Part shown: positions 23,282-33,647 of the stretch, piece by piece
Numbering within the stretch: position 1 is the first letter of the stretch
Layout of the letters: each line of letters starts with the position of its first letter
Source: Conidiobolus incongruus B7586
Lineage: Eukaryota
Reading direction: 5' to 3'
Assembly (NCBI GenBank): GCA_000697335.1
Contig: JNEM01010796.1
Location: 1-33,647 of the forward strand
Length of the DNA stretch: 33,647 bases
Program-made: the position numbers and the translations under genes
The notes under the pieces: generated by a model
The model's input: the letters and a program-made list of their open reading frames with translations, nothing else
What the model was told of the DNA's origin: nothing
The model's database searches: none

Positions 23282-25098
23282 TTAGTCAGAATCTAATTCG
23301 ATTACCTAAAACAAGACCCATTAACACTACATTATTGACTAAGAGCATAAATAATTACCTCTAGACTTCTTTTGACACCTTTAGCCTTCCAAAATTCTGA
23401 ATTCCTCATACTTTTAGCCGTCACTTCATTTGATTCGATAGGTTTTGGAGAATTAAAATTGGGATTGGATAAGATATTGAGGATTTGTTTGGCTTGGTTT
23501 TGAGCCTGTAACGAATCTTCCTCATCATCGCTATCCGAAATCACGAACTCGAATTGTTTTAATTGGTCGCTGTCGGTATTGGTGGGATGGGATTCGTATA
23601 CCTATTCAATAATTAATAAATGTAATAATATAATAATATGATAAATTACATGATTAATTTCAATCTGATTCAAATCTCTAACGATGGGATCATTACCACT
23701 TCGAATGGATTTAGCACAATCTACAAAGAAGGAATCTTTGGAGAGATCCAACTCCCTAATGAATTTGCGATGGTTTAACTCTTTAAAATCGAATTGGATC
23801 CACTTGCTCAGCACCGAATAGATCTTAATCATATTGGTATCTTTCTGTTGTTGATTCAGCTTCCAGTTGATTTCGTCCAACTTGTCGAACAGTTGGAAGT
23901 AGTATAGTTTGAAGTAGTTAGCTATTTGGTCGTACTTTCTAGTGGCTTTCGATACGATGTTATTGTCTTGGTTGGGATCAACGATGATGAGGGATTGGCG
24001 ATACTTGTGATTGTCATTGTATTCCAATCGTAAGTGAGACGTCCTCTTGCTGAAGTAGTGTCCTGGGACGCTGAAGTCGATTCCGTACGTTTGGTGGTCG
24101 AAAACTGTGCCGTAATATTCTAGGAATTTGACGAATAAGTCGCTCAATGGAGCGTGTTTGAGATCGTTGACTTGGATGAGACTGAGGCCCATTAATAGGA
24201 TAGAATAGCCACCCATGCCTCCAGTGGCTGGATCGTTAAGGCCCAATCTGTCTAATAATAGTTTCACTAACATCGTCAGCCATCTCAACTGCGGAAACTC
24301 CTCCAAATACTTAACAGTAAACTTACTCGAATCAATACCCGTCGTCGTGTTCAGGCAAATATCTACTTTAATCTGTGTAGTAGCCTCACTAAACTTGAGA
24401 ATTGGCACTCTGGCCTTAGCCAATAACAAAGAATTTCTCAGCATTTTATGATCTCTAAGTAAGCCTCGTATCCTCTCCAAGATCCCCGTAAACTGCTTCT
24501 TATTAAGGTTTGGATCAGTCAACAACACCAAATCAATATCCGATCCCGGCAGCAGTAATTGGGTAGTGAATGATCCGAAAGCCAAGCATTTCGAATTTGG
24601 GATATTTTGTTCTAAAATGGATGTGATTTTATTTACTACCCACGCCCTTGTTACCAACTCCTTCTCGGTGGGTGATATAAACTTGATAAGTTGGTTCAAC
24701 TCCTCAGCAAAATAGGCACCGGAATCTTTCAGAGTTTCAAATTGGTGGGGCGAAGTTATCCAAGGATGATTGTCTATAGGTCTATTACTTTTAAATTGAT
24801 TTTTATTTCGATTACTATAGTTATTTTCTGTAAAATCACTAAATTTTGGCGAGTTGTGAAATGCTTCGTTCTTCTTGGATTTGGCATTGGTTTTCCTCCT
24901 CTTGTTTTGCTGGCCTTTTCCAGTACTAGAATCTTTTAAATCGTCACTTTTCGACTTGTTTGTATTTTTAAATTTTGATTTAGATTTATTATTTAGTTGT
25001 AAATTGTCATCTTTTGTCTTGGATTTACCATTTTTATTTGACGATTTTTTCGTATTGGATTTCTTAGAATTTTTGATATTAGGTTGTTTATTTGTCAT
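23282..25098 (-). CDS. TRF4: Non-canonical poly(A) polymerase Trf4/PAPD5 (TRAMP catalytic subunit), 3 exons (25098-23650, 23601-23359, 23305-23282)
   Basis: Motifs AFGSFTTQLLLPGSDIDLV, KARVPILKF, KVDIC, LNDPATGGMGGYS and LIIVDP..N.VSK are present. Two GT-AG introns join the 23332-23544 ORF and a final mini-exon VIELDSD*. The N-terminus is K-rich and NLS-like. Confidence 0.92.
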
Positions 25099-27347
25099 TT
25101 TGTATAAAATGACTTATTGTCGTATTAATTATATTATTGATGTCTATTTGTAGTCTATGTATTGTTTTGCGGAATATGTGAACTAAATTTGGGAATTAAA
25201 ATATAGTAGAATTTAAGATATAAAAATTATGGGATTAAACAATTATACAACAATTCCAAAATCATTTAGTGAATTATATATTGATAATATTTTTTCAAAT
25301 TAGATTATTCATAACCATATAATCGAAATAGATTATATATTGTAAAATACTACTCTCAATCATGATTTTTTATTTCATTAAAGAAATGAATTTTTCTTCA
25401 AAACAGTACATATATATCATTTCAATTGAATTAGTTTTAAAATACATTAAATAAAGAATTGTCGATATTTTGATAGATCATATTATTTAAAGAGATAATA
25501 TCTTTGAAAGAATCAATATTCTGCTTTAATATCAAATGGATTAATTGATGAATATCAATCCCGGTTATGTACATATCAATGTTTAACCTTCAATTTTCAA
25601 AATTATTTCTGATTGAAACTATGATAATTTGGAAATTAGATGTGTTATAATAATTCATTCATCACTAGAAAGGTAAGAGTTATAATTTTCCAAAGAATCA
25701 ACCTTATTCGTTAAGAATTCAATAGAAAAGTGGTTTTATTATCAGAAATAATGCTCTTAGTTAATTGAAATAGCTTTATACCTAAGTTGATAGACTACAA
25801 ACTATTTCCTATTCGATCCAATGGTTACAGTGTTGTTAATGCGGTGAAAAGTGATGATTGAATCATGTAAAACGAAATTGACTAAAATTTCGATAAGATA
25901 TTGACTTAATAAAGCCCTCGATACTCCATCTTTATCGAATTTTGGAATATACAATAACAAATTAGATTCACAATTAAATTGTCCAAGTGATTATTATTTT
26001 ACGCAAATTCAACAGGATATTAAAATCAATATGATATCTTTTTCGTAATGTCGGGTAATTATAAGATGGCAATCCATTGAGCCACTATATACAGAGGTAA
26101 ACAAACCAAACTTAAGCATAAAAGATCCCGCTTAATTAATGAAAATGGACAATTTTGATATAAAATAACAATATAACAAGAAAATTCATAGTAAATAGAA
26201 TAGTAATTTTGGTGAATAGTTTGATCAGATGACTTCCAACTACACTAAGAACTTCCAAAATGGTTAGTAGCTTGATTACACTTATTTCACTTTGTTATTC
26301 TCTCATTAATTAAATGGAATAGAATAATATCCCAAGTAAAAACATGCCAATTGCTTCATTTACATTTTTAATTATTGATAATTAAAGTATTTGAGTTATT
26401 GTTACAATCCAGGTTAATATACTGTAATCAATTATATTACTTTTCAAGTTATTAGCTTCTATTTGTTTTTATAATACGTCTTGGAAATATTTCATTAAAT
26501 AGAGATAAATTTAATGAAACATTATTTATAAATGAGTTTTAATTTCCTTAGTTTGACACATTGTACCCAAAGCTTAAGATATTATTCAGAATTCATAATG
26601 ATTTAACCAATTTTGATTCATATTAAAATCAGATTTATAATTAATTCTATTAATCCCTTTAATCCTTTTATGATTTGTTAAATATATTTAAAATGTTTAA
26701 AATAATGCTCAATATTTTTTATTGTATTAAATACTGTTGATTATTCAAAAATACATTGGTTTAATACGCAAATATAGATCATAGTTGGATTACGATGCTA
26801 AAATGATTTATTATTCATATATATTGCTATATGATTTCAAAAAAAAAATAGCTGATTTTTATCAATGCTGGCAAATTCATAATACAAAATAGAATCAATA
26901 TATCAATATTATATTAGTCACATATATAAAATTGCATCCCAACCCGTCAATGATCATAGCTAATGTTGAAGTTACATGATCAATCATTGTTTATGATTTT
27001 AGTATTGAATCATGATTCATTATTAGAATAAATTAAATTGTTTATATAGCCAATAACTTCTTTTCAAATTAATAATCTAATTTATATTTAAAAATTAGAA
27101 TTATATAATAAATAATTGAGGAATTAGGTTGAAAACCTTGAGATTTGGATTCAGAATTAAAATTATTTCAGGATAATGCTTGTTAGCTAACCTTCTTAGA
27201 TAAATATTTAATACTGTAATATCAATCTGATATAGGATTTAAACAAATTTATTTTAATTGGAGTAGGTTGATAAAATATTATGAAAAAACAATTTATTTA
27301 TAATAATGACACAGTATGAATTAATGAAATTGAAAAAATTAGAAAAT

Positions 27348-30300
27348 TTAATCATCGCCGCGTCCCGCTAATCTCTTAATAGTCTTATTGGGGGCATTAT
27401 CGTTAATGATACTTAAGAAGCCTTCGCCTTGAAGCTCCCTGACGACGCGTTCAAAGTCACGGAGACTGATCTGGGCTGAACTTTGGGCTACAAGTTCTTC
27501 GTATACGAGATTATAACGCTTGGAGGGACGTGCCCATTCGGATATGAGGGTTCTGAGGGCTTCCTTCATGCTGTTGAGCTGGACTCTAGCTTGAGCACCT
27601 ACACCCGTGGCGAGAATGTCCCAGTCAATGAGACCAGTGGTGGGGTCAGTTGCCGATGCTTTGATGGCTTCGCGGAGAAGGCGACAGGCTTCGAAGACGT
27701 CTTCTTTAGTGACTTCTTGGGATAATCTGACCTTCGCGTGAGCTTCTGCGAGACGAATCATGGATTCCAGCTGTCTCGTAGTGGCTGTAATACGGGTAGA
27801 TTGGTTTCTGTTGCCTTCACCAACCTTGCGGAGTTCGACATATGCTTTGACGATTTCGCGACTGGCTTCTTCATTAAGGATTGGTTTGATAGCAGCCTTG
27901 GCATATGTGATGTATCTTGTAAGTAATGGAAGGGGAATAGTATCTGACACCATTGTAGGACGATCCTTAAGGTACAAAGAAACCAAATGTTTGGCCAAAT
28001 GTCTGTCATGATCAGCTTCAACCTTATCTAAAATCAAGTAAACCAAATCAAATCTGGATAAGAGGGAAGGAGGTAAGTTAATGTTCTCGGGAACGCTCAA
28101 GTTGCGATTCCATTGAGATCCTACAGGATTGGCACAAGCTAAAATGGAGGTTCTAGCATTCAAAGTGGTGATAATACCAGCCTTGGCTACGGAGACAGTT
28201 TGTTGTTCCATAACTTCGTGGAGGATAGAGCGAGTAGCGTCGCTCATCTTGTCGAATTCGTCGATACAACAGAGGCCACCGTCACTTAATACTAAAGCAC
28301 CACTCTCGAGTACCAGTTGTCTGGTTTCGGCATCACGAGTAACATAAGCAGTCAAACCAACAGCGGATGAGCCCTTACCGGATGTATATATACCTCTTGG
28401 AGCAATTTGGTGAGCTTTCTGGAGAAGTTGAGATTTACTGGTACCGGGATCACCAACTAAAAGAATATTGATATCACCTCTAGCCTTGGGAGAGTTGGAA
28501 GAATCGAAATTCTTATCGGTACCACCAAACAGTTGGAGTAGAATACCCTTTTTGATATCGTCCATACCAAAAATACTGGGAGCAATAGAGTTAGCGAGAA
28601 TGTTGTAAATATTTGGATCTTTGGATAATTGTTCGATTTCTTTGATTTGAGATTCAGTGAAGGTACCCAAACCAGTGGATTGGGAAGTGACCTTAGAGAT
28701 GTCCATCTCTTCATCAATATGATCTTCGACACGCTTGGAATCGGTTTTCTTAAGGTGGACAACGTCTAAATAGGTCTTGAAGAGGGATTTGACGGTTGTG
28801 TTGCGACTGTTCACTCTTACAGGAACACTTCTAAAGATACCAGTAACTTCCAAACGGTCACCGGGCTTAGCAGAATCGACCAAATCGTCATAAAGACATA
28901 AAGAAACAGTGTGGGGAGTTTGACCATCGGGAATACTGTCGGGAGTTTCTTGTAATCTGCAAACTTGCTTATCGCTATATTCACAACGATTGTGGATTAA
29001 TTGCATGGTATTGTGTTGATTACAATCTCTTCTAGGACAGGCGGTAGGTTCATTGATCTTACCACGATCAATTCCTACGGTCATGGTTTGGTCACAAGTT
29101 GAACATTGGAAGAAAGCTAAAAATAGAAATTAATATTATTATAATAAAGTATAATATATAGTATACTTACCAAGCTTAAGATCTGGGATAATATTAGAAG
29201 CACGTATCAATAAACCTTTAATAGTGACCAACTTATCAATATCTATTTCAGGTAAATATTAGTACATGATCCTAACAAAAAATAATAATGTCAATTAAAT
29301 TAATACCATTGGGGTTAAGTTCTCTCATATTAACACTAGAATTAAGTCCAAAAGGTCTAATTCTCAAATTGGGACCAGTACCGCTAGGCAAACCGCAGAA
29401 TTCAGCATAAGCTTCAGACAAAGCATAATCCATCAAGGGAATGACTTCTTGAGGATACTTGACGAGCTGATTATAAAGCTTGTACTCGGTATCGAAAGCA
29501 ATCAAATTAGAACAGTCTAAATTCACACTATAGTTCTGAGTTTGTTGCATTTGCTCAAATACTTGAAGATAGTAGGGAGAGACGTCATTAGCTTCGAGGG
29601 GTAAGCCTAAAGGACCCAATTTGTGAGACATGGTGAATTCGTTCAAAAATTTGCGGAAGAGATTCAAAGTATCTTGAATTTGGATGGTTGTACCCCAAAT
29701 TGTTCTGGACACATTTAAAGGATTGCTTTCGGATGCAGGATGTTGGTTGTTTGAACTGTATTGGGGATGGATAACTGGTGTGCGCTGGATATCACCACGG
29801 ACAATACCTCTAGTGGTATTATAAGGAGTATCGTTAATAATACTATCTTCATCTGCAGCTCCCATATTGCGAATTTGACTGCCAACAGGGGTAGCGTTGG
29901 AAGGATAATACAAGGGTTCAGAGAAATCTATAGCCTTGATTAATATCTAAATTCTATCAAACTATATGCAAATTTTGTATTTACCTGAAGTGAACATATT
30001 TCTTCTCAATCCTTGACCCATAGGAGTGCTTTGAGAAAAGAGTCTAGGACTACTGACATCTAATCCGTACCCGGATCTACCACCAGGAGCTACTGGAGTT
30101 CTACCACCCTGACTGTAAAATCCTAGGTTGGCGCCTGAGCCTTGGGAGGGCACCAAGCGCGAGTTTCTGGGAGTATGTCCGCCGGGAGTGTAGCCACCAG
30201 GAGCATAACCAACAGGTGTGAAACCACCTGGGGTCATACCGGCAGGAGTGAAACCACCTGGGGTCATACCGGCAGGAGTGAAACCACCAGGAGTCATACC

Positions 30301-30468
30301 ACCTGGACCATATGCAGGTTGACTGAATTGGCCAGGCGTACTAGGGAAAGCCGGATTTGGATTCTGGCTACTCTGATTGTTGATGGTGCGATTGTTAGTA
30401 GGTGTCAAATTATTAGGTTGACTACTTTGATTATTATTGTTATTATTATTACTATTATTACTACTCAT
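27348..30468 (-). CDS. MCM4: DNA replication licensing factor MCM4 (Cdc54/Cdc21), 4 exons (30468-29985, 29927-29307, 29242-29171, 29116-27348)
   Basis: Motifs IWGT, YPQEVIPLMD, MRELNP, DIDKLVTIKG, Zn finger C-C..C-C, LQETPDSIPDGQTPH, Walker A GDPGTSKSQ, IDEFDKM and the SRFD arginine finger. Confidence 0.97.
30175..30306 (-). repeat. Coding minisatellite (15/30-bp unit) encoding an xTP(G/A)G array in MCM4 exon 1
   Basis: aaaccacctggggtcataccggcaggagtg occurs twice exactly (30221-30280), with degenerate flanking units. Confidence 0.9.
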
Positions 30469-30627
30469 ATTAACATAAACTTTAAGATAAAATTAAAAAT
30501 ATTAACGATATCTAATTCTTAAATAATTGTTATTATTGCCTAATCATAATATTTTTAAGTTATAGCGCATCTTTTGGTCCTTTCATTCTATTTAAACCTT
30601 TCAAATTCTCAAATTTTAACGAATGGA

Positions 30628-30806
30628 CCAATTAAATCTCGCGTTGGAAGAATTCACCAATAGTGTAAAATTTTCTGTAGTTCGTAACCACCCAATCAAA
30701 TGCCGAAACACCAGAAAAGTTTTCTCATAAGCGTCACTTTGTTAATTTGTTATAAAATTCTTAGGATTTGATTGGTTTAATAATATTTATCGATAATCTG
30801 ACCAAT
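30628..30806 (-). promoter_or_regulatory. Putative MCM4 promoter: five CCAAT boxes and an MCB/SCB-like ACGCGA site
   Basis: CCAAT at 30628, 30657, 30692 and 30802; ATTGG at 30771; TCGCGT at 30639-30644. All lie 160-340 bp upstream of the ATG in otherwise GC-poor DNA. Confidence 0.5.
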
Positions 30807-33412
30807 CATCCGGCGAGTTTGCCAAATAGCACTTTAAATTTTGCTCAATTTTTTAAATACATTCACAAGTATAAACTTTGTGTTGTATGGTATGGATATT
30901 AAAAAACATATTAAGAACACTATAAGTTAACATAGGTTTGATTATAATTGAAAATATCAAAGCATCCATGTCCATTTTTAATATAATATTATTTGATTTA
31001 TCCATTTCTAATGCTTATTTAACTTGAGCACTAGTTTTAAATCTTAAATTTTATTGAGTAGTTGTAATACAATCAAATTTTTTTAATATTATTGATTTGA
31101 AATATATTATGCCTTTGAATTTCATATTAATTATTTTTTACAATTGAATAATATATATTGATTTTTTGAACATTTACTAAAGCCGAATTGTTTTGTAGAA
31201 TTTAATTATGCATCGAGTATTTTCAAAAATTAAATCGAAGTATTATTAAGCTAAGGACTTTTGGTGATAAACTAATTACAACTGATATAGTTAATAAGTG
31301 TAAATATCTTAATTGATAAACTTTAAATGACAGTATTTTCAATTATTAATATGTATCATATAAATTTTTAATATTAGAGAATTTACATTATATGAGTGAA
31401 TTATGAATTTCTCAAAATTGTTCAAATAAACTCAGTTTTTAAAACTATTAATCATCTCTAACATAATCAAAATTCAAATTATATCCAGTATTTAATGTCT
31501 GATATAAAAATGAATTTAAATATAACAAAAATGAAGTATAATTTAATTGATTCTAGTGAATTTTATACATATATAAACCATTTGTCGAATTAAATTTTCT
31601 ATGACCAAAATGCTTTCACCATACTTTGAATATGGTGAATACTATTGCAATATATCCGAATTCAATATAACATTAGTTAATAGCATATTATATTAATTAA
31701 ATGTTAGGCTTTGTATTTACATATTAATTAAAGTATTGACGAATTGGAGGATTGTCACAAATTCGTTAATTTTGAAAGCTTTGTTTAGTTTTGAAATATA
31801 GCTAATAAAGTTTACCATTTAAACATCATACTTTAAATATTTGAATTTTAATATTTAGTCAATATATATTATATGATAATATTTGTATTTAAATATATTT
31901 TTATGTAATGTAATCTTTACATTATTTACATTTAAAATCTGCCAATGATTTATTTGAATTTTTATGAATCGCAACCAGACAAATTATCATTAAGATTATT
32001 ATTCAAACTTAAAATTAATGAGATAAATTTGAAGGAAGAATCATTTAAACCATTTTAACTCTCTTACTATCTATATTCAGTTGATCAATTCTCATTTTTG
32101 AAAGATTAGGATTGGATTAATGGGATAGTGCTTAGTTATCTAGAAGGGGGTACATCTATAAGAGGAAAGTTACTATTCCTAGGATTTCCACTGGTTCTGA
32201 GTATGCCTATCAATATTAAATCAAAGTCAGATAAAACATCACATGAAACATAGAAACTTGGATATAATTACACCATAGTATTTAGTTTCAAACAGTACAG
32301 CACTAAATATACAACTGTCATCATTAATCTAATATGAACAATTCTGACTCATAAATAAAAATGAAAGTATATTAAATATTTCAAAAACCCAATAAGTCAG
32401 AATATTAAAGAGTATAAAATAATAAAATTTTCATGTTATATATATATATATTTAGATAGAGAAAGTTCTATCTAGAACTTTTACTAATTTTTAGGCATGC
32501 TTAATAACACTTGACTAACAACTATATAGGTTATCACCTATAACTCAAATATTTACACATTTTTAATATCAGCATTTAGTTTTAACTATAGATATAAATG
32601 GATTTCACGTATTAAATTTAAGCTCAATTACAAACACTGTACTCTTTAACCCTTATCAAAATAAATATACAAAAGAATTGTCGTCATAATTACCATTACC
32701 TTTAAAAGCAACTTTTTTGAATAATTTTAGCTTTTTTAATTTATCCAGAAAAATTAATACCAAACTCATAATTTTCATTTAAAATTTCAAAAATTAATTT
32801 AATAATAAAACTTAAATATAGTTTTTTTTATTTGAAATTGTTTTATGTCAAAAAATAATAAGTTATATATTAAAATAAAGCAAATTTATCAAGATTAAAT
32901 TTGTAACAAAAATAAAAATTAAACCTATTGGAAAAATAACAATTCACATTCTATTAATTAAAATATAAATTTTGATAATTTGATTTAAGATGAAAAAATA
33001 GAATTATATTCAATGTTTATTTTTAAAATTCAAAAGAGTAATAAACTTTATAAAACTATTCAAGGTCCAATAATTAGATATAAACTACTTTAAAAATAAA
33101 ATTTATTGTTATTAAATTTTTATTCTTATATTATAGTTAAAATAATAAATTAACTTTTAATAATAATATAATATTAGATTTTTTTAAAATTGATATTTAA
33201 ATATCAATATAAATATTAGCATTAATTGTAAATAATATAGTTGAATTGATTATTATTTACTCTGAATATTAAATAAGGCAGATATTTTTATTGGTTAAAA
33301 AAGAATAATGGTAAATTTTGGATTTTTGATTTTTGATCTTATATATATATTATAAAATTTAAAAGAATAAATTATATATAAAATATATAATGAAAATAAT
33401 ACTCTTAAATAA

Positions 33413-33431
33413 TATATATATATATATATAT
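33413..33431. repeat. (TA)n microsatellite
   Basis: Directly visible TA run. Confidence 0.75.
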
Positions 33432-33647
33432 TCAATTGAAATGATTATTCCAATAAAATATTTTTATTTAATAATCTCTTGTTCAGCTTAATCTTATTTA
33501 AATAAAATATCTATAGTCAAAAGTTTTTTATTTTAATATTAATAATATTTAATTATAAATTTTTTAAAATAATCCAATATTCACAAATAATTTATAAACG
33601 CAATATTTTATTTTAAATTATCATTTATCATTATATTTTATAATTTA

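Noticed and set aside
25480..26480. Slightly GC-richer stretch with coding-like fragments on the minus strand
   Set aside because: It may be an old pseudogene, but no continuous frame or recognisable motif could be recovered.
2847..30522. Antisense and alternative-frame ORFs inside the TRF4-like gene, TRF4 and MCM4 (e.g. 2847-3029, 24215-25153, 27483-28762, 30142-30522)
   Set aside because: Shadow ORFs arising from the higher GC content and codon bias of the real genes.
32020..32352. GC-richer patch with hydrophobic minus-strand fragments (possible membrane-protein remnant)
   Set aside because: Multiple stops in all frames and no assignable family.
32462..32481. Small perfect hairpin AAAGTTCTA-TC-TAGAACTTT (a similar AT-rich one lies near 26490-26519)
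   Set aside because: Short AT-rich palindromes are expected by chance and have no associated element.
1..33647. tRNA, rRNA, CRISPR arrays, telomeric repeats
   Set aside because: None recognisable by eye. Small structured RNAs cannot be excluded without covariance-model searches.

Overview
Very AT-rich eukaryotic DNA with short (~45-130 nt) GT-AG introns. It is most consistent with an early-diverging fungus (Conidiobolus/Zoopagomycota-like; inference only). Recognisable genes, several invisible or fragmented in the ORF track because of introns: a catalytically degenerate TRF4/PAPD5-like nucleotidyltransferase (2834-4660, -), exosome subunit CSL4 (5760-6614, -), V-ATPase assembly factor VMA12 (9386-10296, -), a fused pseudouridine-5'-phosphate glycosidase/pseudouridine kinase with an in-frame stop and a frameshift (18469-21106, +), a SIM-rich R3H/G-patch protein of SQS1 type (21708-23194, +), an intact TRF4 (23282-25098, -) and MCM4 with an unusual TPGG-repeat N-terminus (27348-30468, -). 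The middle holds a tandem triplet of an orphan gene (one intact copy, two decayed copies). Next to it is a 2.5-kb CpG-free relic bounded by terminal inverted repeats, which looks like a hypermutated DNA transposon. Most notable points: an RNA-surveillance neighbourhood with an active/dead TRF4 pair, RIP-like C-to-T/G-to-A decay of the repeated sequences, and the recoding-like lesions in the pseudouridine enzyme. All exon structures were derived by hand.
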